Shown piece by piece: positions 19,106 through 29,963 of a stretch of 64,000 bases of DNA. A program made the translations under genes and the position numbers. Each line of letters begins with the position of its first letter. Within the stretch, counting starts at the first letter, position 1. The stretch covers positions 1 through 64,000 of the forward strand of contig DXJO01000028.1 of assembly GCA_019057475.1 (NCBI GenBank). Reading direction: 5' to 3'. Below the pieces are notes generated by a model. It searched no databases. It was not told the origin of the DNA and worked only from the letters and a program-made list of their open reading frames with translations. This DNA comes from Candidatus Thorarchaeota archaeon. GTDB lineage: Archaea > Asgardarchaeota > Thorarchaeia > Thorarchaeales > Thorarchaeaceae.

Positions 19106-20290
19106 GTGGAATCTCTTTGGAATGAAGTAGAAACGGAGAACATCTTCCAGCACGTTCTAAATACTGAGAGTGAGAAACATCCCCTGCATAGCCTTGAGAA
19201 GCTGGAGGCGTGTGCTGATTACATCTTGTCTGAGCTCAAATCCTATGGATTAGCCACAGAGGTTCATGGGTTCAAGGTTGATGGTTTTGATCACACATTT
19301 AGAAATGTGGAGGGGTTCATTGGTGAGGGAGAGGGTCCAGAACTCCTCATTGTTTCACATTATGATACAGTACGCCATGCTCCCGGTGCAAACGACAATG
19401 GTAGTGCTATTGCTGTGATGCTTGAAGCAGCACGTATTCTAGTGAAAGCTGGTCTCAAGGGAAACGTTAGGTTTGTGAGTTTCAATCTGGAGGAGGGAAA
19501 TCCCGCAACAAGTGAACAATTGACAAGAATCGCTCGGTCTCATGGTGTAGTAGATGAGCAAGGACGGTATCTATCTTGGCACACAACCGCGATAATGAAA
19601 CGGTGGCGAGCAACTGTCGTCAAGCTAGTATACTCTGGAACTGACTGGGAAACAGCTGCGTCGACGGCAATCTCTGAGTTGATGGATGATTTGCAGGAAA
19701 ACGAGCTCGCACTTCTTAGAGAGGAGGAAAGGCTCCTCAAAGGCTGGACTCATACAAATTGGCCTGGACGTACCGCAATAATGGGAAGTAGTGCCTGGGT
19801 CGAACACGCTATCCTTGAAAAGAAGGAAATCATTGGGGTCTTGTGTCTTGAAACCATGGGTTATGCTTCAGAGGAACCGAACTCTCAGAAGTTTCCTGAC
19901 GAAGTAGACCCCCGAATGTATGAAATCTCCGGAACTCAAGAAGACCTGACTGTCGGTGATTTTCTAGCTGTAATTGCTGATGGAAATTCAAAGAGTCTTG
20001 CAGCATCATTCTGTGAGCAGTGTCAAGATGGTTCTATTGCACTTCCGTATGCATGTCTAAAGACGGATTTTGGCTATGAACAGGCCGCTCACGCAATGCC
20101 TAATATCCTAAGATCTGATCATGCTCCTTTCTGGAGAGAGAATATTCCTGCCTTGTTGATTACTGACACAGCAAACTTCCGTTATCCCTACTACCATACC
20201 CGTGCTGATACTATTGACAAGCTGGATTTTGATTTCCTAACAAAGATATGCAAAGCAACTATTGCCACAGCTATCAAGCTATGTAACTAA
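19106..20290 (+). CDS. M28 family metallopeptidase
   Basis: SHYD, PGANDNGS, NLEE, RSDHAPF, YHTRAD. Confidence 0.9.
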   Translation: MESLWNEVETENIFQHVLNTESEKHPLHSLEKLEACADYILSELKSYGLATEVHGFKVDGFDHTFRNVEGFIGEGEGPELLIVSHYDTVRHAPGANDNGSAIAVMLEAARILVKAGLKGNVRFVSFNLEEGNPATSEQLTRIARSHGVVDEQGRYLSWHTTAIMKRWRATVVKLVYSGTDWETAASTAISELMDDLQENELALLREEERLLKGWTHTNWPGRTAIMGSSAWVEHAILEKKEIIGVLCLETMGYASEEPNSQKFPDEVDPRMYEISGTQEDLTVGDFLAVIADGNSKSLAASFCEQCQDGSIALPYACLKTDFGYEQAAHAMPNILRSDHAPFWRENIPALLITDTANFRYPYYHTRADTIDKLDFDFLTKICKATIATAIKLCN

Positions 20291-20414
20291 CCAGAGCTTG
20301 GCGAACTGAAGGATGGAGAGAAGACTGAACATCTGGTTTCAATGAGGTTTAATCACAAGCGCTTGTTTGTGTAGAGTATCACTTGAATGGGAAGTGACCA
20401 AGAGTTATGTCATG

Positions 20415-20849
20415 TCATTTCTTATCAAGGATTTGTAGCAATTCATCTATGCCAGAAACTATCTGCCCTCCAGCTTCGATTGCACCCATGACATATTGAT
20501 TCTTGTACATTCTTCCGGGCCCTTCTCGATGCCCTCGAATGTCAGTGTAGAAACCGATTATCAACTTTCCAGAAGCATAGGCTACACCTATCTCACAAGC
20601 AACTCCACTATCGATAGGAAACTGATCTATACATGCAACGAGGATATCAGCTTTGACTATCTCTTCAGTGTCCACCCTGAAGATTTCTTCATTTGTGGGA
20701 GCGGTTTCAAATGTCATGGGGGTTTCTTGTGGAAGAAACACAGAATACCCAGCATCACGGAGAATAACTGCACACTTTTCATTGAACTCCCTATCCGCCT
20801 CAGAGAATAGCGCATTAGCCCAGTAGATTCGTGTCTTCTTCTTTGACAA
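20415..20849 (-). CDS. Nucleoside 2-deoxyribosyltransferase family protein
   Basis: IYWANALF, VFLPQE, IFRVD, DSGVACEIGVAYA. Confidence 0.85.
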   Translation of the reverse strand: MSKKKTRIYWANALFSEADREFNEKCAVILRDAGYSVFLPQETPMTFETAPTNEEIFRVDTEEIVKADILVACIDQFPIDSGVACEIGVAYASGKLIIGFYTDIRGHREGPGRMYKNQYVMGAIEAGGQIVSGIDELLQILDKK

Positions 20850-20978
20850 AAGGAATCACTCACGCAAATCTGATGATAACGTCTTGAAAGAGCTTGCGAG
20901 AATAGAATTCGGCGCTCCAACACGCTTTTCACTGAGTAGCTCGCATAGTCTACCATCATTACATGTGGAGATTGAAAG

Positions 20979-21197
20979 ATGACAGAAGATGGAAGTGTCT
21001 ACAAGAGAATTGAGCTCGTTGGAGTAAGCAAAAAGAGTTGGGAAGACGCCATAGGCAGCGTCGTCGCGAAGGCGGCTAAGTCCATCCGTGATTTGCGGAT
21101 TGCAGAGGTTGACCAGCTCGATGTAACAATCGAGAATGGCAAGGTAACTGCCTATCGAGTCAGAGTGAAGATTAGTTTCAAGTATGAGAAGGACTAG
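20979..21197 (+). CDS. Dodecin (flavin-binding)
   Basis: SVYKRIELVGVS..SWEDA...YRVRVKISFKYE; 72 aa. Confidence 0.95.
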   Translation: MTEDGSVYKRIELVGVSKKSWEDAIGSVVAKAAKSIRDLRIAEVDQLDVTIENGKVTAYRVRVKISFKYEKD

Positions 21198-21198
21198 A

Positions 21199-21229
21199 AG
21201 GGGACCCTGTTCCCCTCCTTCTTTTTTTT
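21199..21229 (+). terminator. Hairpin + T8 terminator
   Basis: AGGGGA-N6-TCCCCT, then T8 at 21222-21229. Confidence 0.7.
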
Positions 21230-21300
21230 GCTAGGTCTTTGCTTTCGTCGCCGAGCAGATTTACATTGACCGTCTAAGAGGGTTTTCTCTATACTTTGAG

Positions 21301-22233
21301 TTATCTGAGTAGTCGTTCTGTAATCCACTGCTTGATAGGTTCTCCAGCGGGCATCTTCTTGCGCCAATCAGGGTCTTTGTAGAACCCCTCATGGCGGACT
21401 GTTACAAGATCTTCCAAGCCTGACGGACGGTTCCCCGTGATATCTTCTGTATGGAGGTGGAGGGGATAGTTGTACGTTTGAGGTAGTTCTTGCATCTCTT
21501 CAGTCGTAAGTATTGACAGAATGACCCCTGACAACACTGCTTGGTGGATGAAGATGGCGTAGCGCTCATCTTGCTGATAGAATTCCCGAAATGCAGGCTC
21601 CTGGTATGCTTCGAGGAAAGCATCACGCCAAGCCCTGAGCAAATTCCTCTCTGGGCGGGTGACCAGCAGGCCCGAGTTGAAGTATGGACGAATCTTTTCT
21701 CCTTCCACGTGGGTCATCATGGGAACAACGCGACCTTCAGGAATTTTGCAATAGCTGTAAACCAGTGTCCAGAACGAATCGAGCGGTTCGTCGTAGCGTG
21801 AACCCAGAAGAGTGTGATGAACCGGCTTGAATCCAAAGGTCTTGTTATCCTGCAGAAGGAAGTCTCTTGGTTCTTGAAGCACAATGGTGTTGGGATTCAA
21901 CCATGCAATGAAGTTAGCCTGGTCTAAAGCCATGGACTCAGCGCGGGCGGCAGCTATTGAATGTCCCGTGAACGGAAATCGAAGGACCTCTTCATCGACA
22001 TCAAACGGGACCAGAGTAACATCCAGGACGGATAGTTTGTTCGTGGCGATTGTAGAGAGTTGCTTTCCATTCTGTGGCACGTAGAACCAGACTGGGGCAT
22101 GCGAAAGAGACCCCGCAAAAGCACGGATGCTCTCTGCAAGAAGCAACGCATTTGTTTCTGATGATCTGTCGGGGAATACTATCGAGGCAAACACCAGTTT
22201 CGCTTGTCCATTGGTCCTCTCCCTGGTCGACAT
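21301..22233 (-). CDS. GT-A/GT8-like glycosyltransferase-fold protein
   Basis: LLAESIRAFAG, PYFNSG, Q-AVLS, YNYP motifs; the DxD position reads NPN. Confidence 0.55.
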   Translation of the reverse strand: MSTRERTNGQAKLVFASIVFPDRSSETNALLLAESIRAFAGSLSHAPVWFYVPQNGKQLSTIATNKLSVLDVTLVPFDVDEEVLRFPFTGHSIAAARAESMALDQANFIAWLNPNTIVLQEPRDFLLQDNKTFGFKPVHHTLLGSRYDEPLDSFWTLVYSYCKIPEGRVVPMMTHVEGEKIRPYFNSGLLVTRPERNLLRAWRDAFLEAYQEPAFREFYQQDERYAIFIHQAVLSGVILSILTTEEMQELPQTYNYPLHLHTEDITGNRPSGLEDLVTVRHEGFYKDPDWRKKMPAGEPIKQWITERLLR

Positions 22234-22287
22234 AATTCATCCAAAACCGTGCGTCTTACTTAATGAGTCGTTCAGGGCAACCTAGTT

Positions 22288-24105
22288 TCATTCTCGGGTT
22301 TGACCTCGAAGTCGGGCGTTGTATCTCGCTATTGCTTCCGGCCCTGTTCTGCCGAATCTCTTATCAAGTTCATCCTTGCCTATCCTGATTATCGATGGCC
22401 GGCCATGGCAGCAGTTGTACCTGCTCTTGGTTCTGTTGAGCTCGGTGAGCAATGCTCTGATCTCATCAGCGCTGAGATATTGTCCTGCACGGATGGCGGA
22501 GTGACATGCAGTAAGCTTGACCAGCTCATCCATGAATTGCTCCTTTGCGCTCTTGATGCCAACCTCCATGATGCGGTCCACGAGGGCGATAAGCTCATTC
22601 TCTGATGCTCGTCTTCCAAGAACCTCTGGCAATGTGGAAACTAGAACCTCGTTTCCTCCGAAGTGGCTTATTGTATATCCAAGCTCGCCAAGCCTTTCCT
22701 TCAGCCCGAGGATGGCTTCAGCATCCTTGGGTCCAAGGCGCAGCACAATGGGTTGTAGCAGCTCTTGTACCACTACTCGATTTGAGTTAACCTCCTCTCT
22801 AAGCTTCTCGTAGATTATGCGCTCATGCGCAGCGTGTTGGTCAACGAGAATCAGCCCGTCATCTGTGGTGAGAACTATGTAGAGCTTATTGACTTGCCCC
22901 AGGATCCGGAATGTACCGCCAAGAGTCTCAAGGTCAATCCTCTCGTCACCCAATCCCTTAGATTCTTCTAGTGCAAGTTGCTCGAGCAAGCCCGATCGAC
23001 GAGGGGTCGCTGCATGTTCCTCTGCGGGTAGCATCGTACGTGAGGACTCGAGACCCTCTCCAATAGCTGACGCAACCTCTACAAATTCCTCAAGCGACTG
23101 TGTGACGTCAGGTAACTTCACATCAGCAAGCGCATTCTTCACAGCATCCCTGACGACTTCTGTTACACTGTCGATATCCTGTATCCGGACTTCCCTCTTC
23201 GTTGGATGGACATTTGCATCCACGCGGGCGATGTCCACACCTATGTCGATTGCACAGATTGGGAATCGCCCCTTCATCAGCAAGGTTGAGTAGGCTGTTT
23301 CCACTGCGTTGCCGAGTTTGCTGTCCTCGATTGGCCTTTTACGAACAGAGAAGTACTCACGAGTGCGATTTCCTCTGGACATCGGCGGCCTAGCTATGAA
23401 CCCCGAAACCGTAACTCCCTGATGAGTCAGTGCAACATCAACTAAGCTTTCAGCAATATCTGGTCCCCACAGCGAAAGCACCCGGGTTTCTGCAATCTGG
23501 CCCGGAGGGCAATCTATGATGACCTTGTTGTCCTTGGTGAGTCGGAAACCCACATCGTTTCTGATGATTGCGTGCTTCATTGTGGTTTCAAGAATTCGTT
23601 GACTCTCAACCTTTGGAGTGGAGAGATATTTTCTTCGAGCTGGAACTTTCTCGAATAAGCCAGTAACTTCTACAGTTGTGCCCTGTGGCCTGGAGGCATC
23701 CGTTTGTGCCGGGATTTCGCCAGCTCTCGACACGAGTCGGGTCCCGGTTTTCTCATCCTCATGACGCGTTGTGATGGCAAGGTCAGCCACGGCCGCAATG
23801 CTTGCTAGAGCCTCTCCTCTGAATCCGTAGGTCAGGATTGCGTTAATGTCCTCTCGTCGACTGATCTTACTGGTGGAGTGCCTTAGCGTGCAAATCGGAC
23901 AATCCTCCTTGAGGATTCCTGAGCCGTTGTCAGAGATGATAATCGACTCCATGCCTCCCTCGGAAACCCGGATATCGATGTTTGTAGCGTTGGCATCTAG
24001 TGCGTTCTCTATAAGTTCCTTAACAATGGATGCGGGATTCTCGATAACCTCGCCAGCTGAGATGAGGGAAACGAGATCATCAGCTAGAATCTGGATTCTG
24101 CCCAT
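22288..24105 (-). CDS. mutL: DNA mismatch repair endonuclease MutL
   Basis: AGEVIE, KELIENALDA, GFRGEAL, DANVHPTK, DQHAAHER, ACH, CHGRP. Confidence 0.98.
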   Translation of the reverse strand: MGRIQILADDLVSLISAGEVIENPASIVKELIENALDANATNIDIRVSEGGMESIIISDNGSGILKEDCPICTLRHSTSKISRREDINAILTYGFRGEALASIAAVADLAITTRHEDEKTGTRLVSRAGEIPAQTDASRPQGTTVEVTGLFEKVPARRKYLSTPKVESQRILETTMKHAIIRNDVGFRLTKDNKVIIDCPPGQIAETRVLSLWGPDIAESLVDVALTHQGVTVSGFIARPPMSRGNRTREYFSVRKRPIEDSKLGNAVETAYSTLLMKGRFPICAIDIGVDIARVDANVHPTKREVRIQDIDSVTEVVRDAVKNALADVKLPDVTQSLEEFVEVASAIGEGLESSRTMLPAEEHAATPRRSGLLEQLALEESKGLGDERIDLETLGGTFRILGQVNKLYIVLTTDDGLILVDQHAAHERIIYEKLREEVNSNRVVVQELLQPIVLRLGPKDAEAILGLKERLGELGYTISHFGGNEVLVSTLPEVLGRRASENELIALVDRIMEVGIKSAKEQFMDELVKLTACHSAIRAGQYLSADEIRALLTELNRTKSRYNCCHGRPSIIRIGKDELDKRFGRTGPEAIARYNARLRGQTRE

Positions 24106-24114
24106 CGAATCACC

Positions 24115-25668
24115 TCAGGATGCTATGGCTGAGTACTCGACTTGACCGCCCACGATTGTCCACTCAATCTTGATATCACGAATGGAATCAAGAGGCGCCT
24201 CTAATATGTTGTCTGAGAGTACGACGAAGTCTGCTCTCTTGCCCTCTGTGATGCTGCCAACGTTGTTCTCCATGAAGGAAGCATAGGCACTCTCCATGGT
24301 GTAGCATCTAATCGCCTCTTCGACAGTAATTTTGCCCTTAGGACTCGGATGATTGACTGCACACCAGATTCCATAGAGCGGTCCGTACGGCATGCCGTCG
24401 GATCCAAAACAAATTCTTGCACCGTTATCCAAAGCTGTTCTGAATAGGTTCATTCTTTCTGTGCGTTCTTTGCCAAGCCTCTCGTAGTACAACCCGCCTT
24501 TCATCTGCCACTCGCCAACGAAATTGGGCTGCATCGAGAGTATGAGACCAAGGGCCGCAGCTCTTCTAATTTGATCTAGAGTAATCATCTCAGCATGCTC
24601 GATCCTGTGCCTCTGTCTACGTATTATCGCCACGTTTCCAAGGGTTTCGAAAGCAGAAAGAACGAGCTCGATAGCATCATCGCCAATTGCATGAGTGACT
24701 GTTTGAATGTCATTTTGAACAGCCTTTCTTGCTAGATTGGAGAACTCGTGTTGGGACATCAACAACATTCCTTTGTTGTATTTGCTGTTGGCGTAGGGCT
24801 CTGATATCGCAGCTGTGCTAGCGCCAATTGAACCGTCGATGAATGATTTTACGCCGCCGATTCTGACCATGGGGCTTCCCATTCCGGAAGTCAGACCAAG
24901 GCCTATCATATGATCAATTTGCTCAGAAGGTACATTGATGACCATTCGTACAGTGAGTGCATTGAGTCGTTCGGCTTCCCTGATGTGTCGAGCATGCCCT
25001 GCCCATATGTTGTCTACTGCTGCCGTAATTCCAAGTTCGTTAGCAATCTTGTTGCCAGCGGTGATGCCTTGATGTATCTCTTGAGGTGAGGGTTGGAAGC
25101 AATCATAGAGCTCTTCGATGTCCTTCAGAACACCCGTGGGAGTTCCATTCTTATCTTTCTCGACACCCGTTTGACTGGAATCGACATTGAGTTCCTGAAA
25201 GCCCCGGCTATTCACGGAGACAAGATGACCATCAACTCTGAACACACCTATCTTGTGCTCAGTGCTCACCTTATCCAGATCCTTCCCAGTGACGTATCGT
25301 TTGACTTTCCAGTTGCTCTCATCCCATGAAAATCCAAGAACCCATTGGTCCTTGGAGTACCTGCTGAGGGCCTTTTTCAGTTCCTTCTGGACTCCCTTGA
25401 TAGAGTGCACCTTGTCGAGTTGAACGTGCAACGATTTGATACCTGAAACTGAGAGATGTGTGTGGGCGTCTACGAATCCCGGAACCACGGTCTTCCCGTC
25501 TAGGTCAATCACTCTCTTGGCGGAGGGGATCAAATCCATGGCATTTTCATCGTTACCAACAGCCAGAATCTTGTAGCTCTTGACAGCAATCGCAGTCGCC
25601 AATGGTTTCTGTGGGTCCATTGTGATGATGTTTCCATTGAATACGACCAAATCCGCTTCAAGTTTCAT
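24115..25668 (-). CDS. Amidohydrolase 3 (YtcJ-like)
   Basis: PGFVDAHTH, DGH, HAIGD, RIEHA, FGSD. Confidence 0.93.
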   Translation of the reverse strand: MKLEADLVVFNGNIITMDPQKPLATAIAVKSYKILAVGNDENAMDLIPSAKRVIDLDGKTVVPGFVDAHTHLSVSGIKSLHVQLDKVHSIKGVQKELKKALSRYSKDQWVLGFSWDESNWKVKRYVTGKDLDKVSTEHKIGVFRVDGHLVSVNSRGFQELNVDSSQTGVEKDKNGTPTGVLKDIEELYDCFQPSPQEIHQGITAGNKIANELGITAAVDNIWAGHARHIREAERLNALTVRMVINVPSEQIDHMIGLGLTSGMGSPMVRIGGVKSFIDGSIGASTAAISEPYANSKYNKGMLLMSQHEFSNLARKAVQNDIQTVTHAIGDDAIELVLSAFETLGNVAIIRRQRHRIEHAEMITLDQIRRAAALGLILSMQPNFVGEWQMKGGLYYERLGKERTERMNLFRTALDNGARICFGSDGMPYGPLYGIWCAVNHPSPKGKITVEEAIRCYTMESAYASFMENNVGSITEGKRADFVVLSDNILEAPLDSIRDIKIEWTIVGGQVEYSAIAS

Positions 25669-25749
25669 CGAACAGCACGTCCAATCATATGAGTACTAGT
25701 AATTTGCATATGTCATTTGTCATAGTAGATACATCGAATTGGGCAGTTT

Positions 25750-26397
25750 TCATTTATCCTTGACCTTTTCCCAGTCTGCCAGGAATCGCTCAATACCAAC
25801 ATCTGTCATGGGATGATTGACCATCTTATCAAGAACTGCTGGTGGGATTGTCGCAATGTCTGCGCCCACTAGTGCAGCCTCATAGACATGTACAGGATGT
25901 CTGATACTGGCAACTATGATCTCAGTATCATAATCATAGATCGCATATATCTGAGCGATATCTACAACTACTTGCATTCCTACATGACCAATATCGTCAA
26001 GGCGCCCAATGAATGGTGAAACGAATGAGGCTCCAGCCTTAGCTGCAAGAAGTGCTTGGTTTGGACTGAAACACAATGTCACGTTCGTCTGGATGCCTTC
26101 ATCAGCGCAAATCTTAACTGCCTTGAGCCCTTCCCAAGTCATTGGTATCTTGATTGCAGCATTGTCAATCCAGCCATTGAGTTCTCGCGCTTCCTTGACC
26201 ATTCCTTTGGCGTCTTCGCTGACTACCTCAAGGCTGATTGGTCCTTTCACAAAGGATGCTATCTCGTCCACTATCTTACGGAAATTGCGCCCTTCTTTGG
26301 CGACAAGAGATGGGTTGGTTGTAACACCATCGACCATTCCTCTCTCATGCGCTTTGCGAATTGCTTCTACGTTGGCGGTATCAATGAAAAACTTCAT
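25750..26397 (-). CDS. tal: Transaldolase / fructose-6-phosphate aldolase family (TalC type)
   Basis: [37 protein letters not shown]; start ATG 26397. Confidence 0.95.
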   Translation of the reverse strand: MKFFIDTANVEAIRKAHERGMVDGVTTNPSLVAKEGRNFRKIVDEIASFVKGPISLEVVSEDAKGMVKEARELNGWIDNAAIKIPMTWEGLKAVKICADEGIQTNVTLCFSPNQALLAAKAGASFVSPFIGRLDDIGHVGMQVVVDIAQIYAIYDYDTEIIVASIRHPVHVYEAALVGADIATIPPAVLDKMVNHPMTDVGIERFLADWEKVKDK

Positions 26398-26493
26398 CGA
26401 GTTCAACTCACACCTCAGTGTTGGCATCGAGAAGCAGACTGGTCTTATATTATGTTGCCTATCTTGCCTAAGTAGAAAAGATGAAGCAGTGAA

Positions 26494-27150
26494 TTACTTG
26501 AGAGCGGCTTTCAGGGTCCGGACCTCTCCCTCAATGTCATCGGCTCGAAACACCGCTGACCCCACAATGAAGAAGTCAGCGCCAGCTTCGTACAGCTCTT
26601 TGATGTTCTTGCGATTGACCCCTCCGTCTACTGCGATCCGGACACTTGGCTTTAGCTCCTCAAGCATCTTCCTTAGGGATGAAATTTTCTTTATAGTTGA
26701 GGAGATGAACTCCTGCCCACCGAAACCAGGACACACGCTCATTAGGAGCACAGAGTCAACAAGGTCTATCAATGGTTCAACTTCTGCGATTGGTGTTCCG
26801 GGATTGAGCGTGATTCCTGCTCTTGCTCCAAGGTCGGTTACCAACTGAACAGTCCGGTACACATCGTATGACGCCTCAACATGAGGGTAGATGAGTTCAA
26901 CACCTGCATCCACGAACTTGGGGATGTACTCTTTGGGTTTTGTTATCATAAGGTGCGCATCGAGTGGAATATCCGTAATACCCTTCATGGTCTTCGCGAT
27001 CCAAGGTCCGAAGGAGATGTTTGGAACGAAGTGTGAATCCATGATATCAAGATGAAAATAGTCGGCTCCACCTTTCTCAGCGGCCTTGACGTCATCTTCT
27101 AAGTGTGCGAAGTTCGCTGCTAGAATTGAAGGAGCAATTATTGGTTTCAT
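26494..27150 (-). CDS. rpe: Ribulose-phosphate 3-epimerase
   Basis: IAPSIL, HLDIMD-HFVPN, DAHLM, PGFGGQ, VDGG. Confidence 0.97.
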   Translation of the reverse strand: MKPIIAPSILAANFAHLEDDVKAAEKGGADYFHLDIMDSHFVPNISFGPWIAKTMKGITDIPLDAHLMITKPKEYIPKFVDAGVELIYPHVEASYDVYRTVQLVTDLGARAGITLNPGTPIAEVEPLIDLVDSVLLMSVCPGFGGQEFISSTIKKISSLRKMLEELKPSVRIAVDGGVNRKNIKELYEAGADFFIVGSAVFRADDIEGEVRTLKAALK

Positions 27151-27221
27151 GGTTCTCTCACCCACTGGTGATGCTGTTCGCCTGTTGTCGCATATTTATC
27201 CTTCGACGAGCTCCTTGACAG

Positions 27222-29825
27222 TCATTTCTCTCTTCGCTTGATCTTGTCCTGCATCTCTTTTAGCTCGTTGAGTGCATCGAGGGGTGTGGTTCTCTCTAGT
27301 TCCATATGCTTTATCTGATCAACAATAGGGTCATCGATTGTAAGGGCTTCAAGAGACGTCTGCAGGGTTTCTACGGGTTCATCAGGTACATCCCCGAGGT
27401 CAACGATATTCTCCTTCTCGAGCCTAATCAAGAGCTGTTTAGCCCTCTTGACAACTGCGTCGGGCACTCCTGCAAGGGAGGCGACGTGCACACCGTAGGA
27501 CTTGTCAGTTCCTCCTGGAACAACCTTATGCAGAAAGACAATCGTGTTTCCGGATTCCTTGGCTAAGGTGTGGACGTTCTTGACGCCATGATACATGCTT
27601 GCCATTGATGTAAGGTGATGGAAGTGCGTAGCGAACAATGTTCGGGTTCTCATCAGAACAATCTGTTCGGCTACGGCCCAAGCCAGCGCCATGCCATCGA
27701 AAGTCGACGTTCCTCTACCTATCTCGTCCAGAATGACAAGGCTTCGATCTGTAGCACTATTGAGGATATTCGCGGTTTCAATCATCTCCACCATGAAAGT
27801 GCTCTGTCTGGCTGTTAAGTCATCGAAAGCGCCGACCCTGGTGAATATTCTGTCAACCAGTCCTACCTCAGCTTCCTTAGCAGGGACGAAGGAGCCCATC
27901 TGGGCCATCAGTACGATCTGTGCTGCCTGTCGCATGTAGGTGCTCTTTCCTGCCATGTTCGGACCCGTTACAATGAGCAGAGTTGTGCCACCATCTCCAA
28001 TCTCGAGGTTGTTTGGTACAAACTCATTTCGTCCGAGGATGACCTCCAACACTGGATGTCTGCCGTCAACTATCTTGATCAACGTTCCATCGGTGACCAC
28101 AGGTCTTGTGTATCCTCTTGTAACCGCTACATCCGCTAAGGATACCAGAACATCTGCTGTTGCCACGGCTACTGAGTTTCTTCGGAGTGTATCTAGGGCG
28201 TCTTGCACCTTCTCTCGCAATTCCTCATAAATCTCGTACTCAAGCCGGTTTGTCTTCTCCTCTCCCGCAAGAACTGTGGTTTCTTTTTCTTTCAGGTTTG
28301 GAGTTATGAAGCGCTCCGCATTGGTCAGAGTCTGCTTTCTCGTGTACTCCTCAGGAATCTTGCTAATGTTTGGTTTCGTAACCTCTATGTAATAACCAAA
28401 GACTTTGTTGAACCCAACCTTGAGTGTCTTGATGCCTGTCCGGCGTCGTTCTCTAACCTGAAGGGAAGCAATCCAATTCTTGTCCTCGGAGATAGAACTA
28501 GTGAGCTTGTCAAGTTCCTTGCTGTAGCCCTCCCGAATCATTCTTCCCTCTTTCACTGACACAGGCGGTTCGTCCACGATTGCATTGTCAAGGGTTTCTC
28601 GCAGTTCTGTCAGAAGGTCGATGGCCTTTCCAGCAGCTACAAGCATCTCAGCTCCGCAGGCGCTCAATGCATCCTTTATCTGTGGAATTCTCCCCAACGC
28701 AGTCCGCAAGGAAACGAGGTCTCTGGCCCCAGCAACCCCAAATACAATCCTGCTTGTGATTCTCTCGAGGTCTCCCAGGTTCCTTAAGCTATCCGCCAAT
28801 CTTCTGCGGTTCAGGGCAGCACGTGCTAGCTCCTCCACTGCATCCAATCTTCTCTCTATCGCGGCACGTTCTCTTAGTGGCTGAAGCATCCATTGCTTGA
28901 GTCTTCTTTTCCCCATCGGCGTTAATGTTTTGGAGAGCACTGAGAGGAGTGTGCCCCTCGTGCTCCCGTCACGCGCATTCCGCACAAGTTCGAGGTTCCT
29001 CTGGGTCGTGCTATCCACCACCATGTGGGCGTCCACGGTGTATGCTCTCATGCCAGTGATAGTTACTGTATTGGTCTTATGCACGTCCTGAAGATATGCC
29101 ATCACTGCCCCGGCGGCACCCAATGCTACCTTCTTATTGCCCATGCCATAACCATCTAAAGTGGAAACTCGAAACTGCTCTGTCAATCGTCGTTCAGCAG
29201 ACCTTGCAGAGAAGTCTACGTCGTTTCTGAAGGTAAGATGCCTTCCAGGTTCCTCGAGCTTGATCCTAACGCTCTCGTTCTTCGAGGTAGAATCCGGCAG
29301 AAGGATCTCAGTGGGGCTAAGCCGCCCCAGTTCGTTCATTGTCCTCTCACTTGTGTAGTTCCCCTCGAACTCAGTAGCCATGAACTCCCCGGTTGAAACA
29401 TCAACCGCTGCCATGCCTATTCTATCCCCATGTTCAATCAGTGCAACGAGGTAATTATTTGCTGAATCTTCGAGCATCGAGGATTCGAGCACTGTTCCAG
29501 GTGTGACAACGCGGACCACATCTCTCTTGACAAGCCCCTTTGCTTGTGATGCATCTTCCACCTGATCAGCAATAGCAACGGTGTAGCCCGCCAATAATAG
29601 CTTCGCGATATAGCCGTCAACTGCATGGTGTGGCACCCCACACATCGGCCATTTGTCAACTCCTTCCCCTCGTGCAGTGAGTATGATGTCCAGCACAGGG
29701 CTCGCAGTCTTAGCGTCCTCATTGAACATCTCATAGAAGTCACCAAGTCTGAACATCATGATGCAGTCTGGATACTGTTTCTTCAACTGAAGGTACTGCC
29801 GCTGCATTGGGGTTGGTTTCTTCAC
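27222..29825 (-). CDS. mutS: DNA mismatch repair protein MutS (MutS1)
   Basis: TPMQRQY, GDFYEMF, TPGT, GPNMAGKST, STFMVEM, DEIGRGT, SYG; start likely GTG 29825. Confidence 0.98.
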   Translation of the reverse strand: MKKPTPMQRQYLQLKKQYPDCIMMFRLGDFYEMFNEDAKTASPVLDIILTARGEGVDKWPMCGVPHHAVDGYIAKLLLAGYTVAIADQVEDASQAKGLVKRDVVRVVTPGTVLESSMLEDSANNYLVALIEHGDRIGMAAVDVSTGEFMATEFEGNYTSERTMNELGRLSPTEILLPDSTSKNESVRIKLEEPGRHLTFRNDVDFSARSAERRLTEQFRVSTLDGYGMGNKKVALGAAGAVMAYLQDVHKTNTVTITGMRAYTVDAHMVVDSTTQRNLELVRNARDGSTRGTLLSVLSKTLTPMGKRRLKQWMLQPLRERAAIERRLDAVEELARAALNRRRLADSLRNLGDLERITSRIVFGVAGARDLVSLRTALGRIPQIKDALSACGAEMLVAAGKAIDLLTELRETLDNAIVDEPPVSVKEGRMIREGYSKELDKLTSSISEDKNWIASLQVRERRRTGIKTLKVGFNKVFGYYIEVTKPNISKIPEEYTRKQTLTNAERFITPNLKEKETTVLAGEEKTNRLEYEIYEELREKVQDALDTLRRNSVAVATADVLVSLADVAVTRGYTRPVVTDGTLIKIVDGRHPVLEVILGRNEFVPNNLEIGDGGTTLLIVTGPNMAGKSTYMRQAAQIVLMAQMGSFVPAKEAEVGLVDRIFTRVGAFDDLTARQSTFMVEMIETANILNSATDRSLVILDEIGRGTSTFDGMALAWAVAEQIVLMRTRTLFATHFHHLTSMASMYHGVKNVHTLAKESGNTIVFLHKVVPGGTDKSYGVHVASLAGVPDAVVKRAKQLLIRLEKENIVDLGDVPDEPVETLQTSLEALTIDDPIVDQIKHMELERTTPLDALNELKEMQDKIKRREK

Positions 29826-29963
29826 GGCTTCTCCCGCTCTACACGTCGCGCTCAAGGCAATCTCAATGATGCACGCAGTCTAGCATTACTTCCCACAAAT
29901 AGATTTCCTAAGAGCGAATGTCAGCAATCATTAAATACAATTCACAGAAGCTGCAGTCCTATC

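Noticed and set aside
26009-26848. 279-aa + strand ORF and the many other antisense or nested ORFs in the track
   Set aside because: Shadow ORFs of well-supported genes, with no recognisable motifs.
29625-29963. Long N-terminal extension of the PAP2-like ORF
   Set aside because: Overlaps mutS on the opposite strand; real start is at or after 29964.
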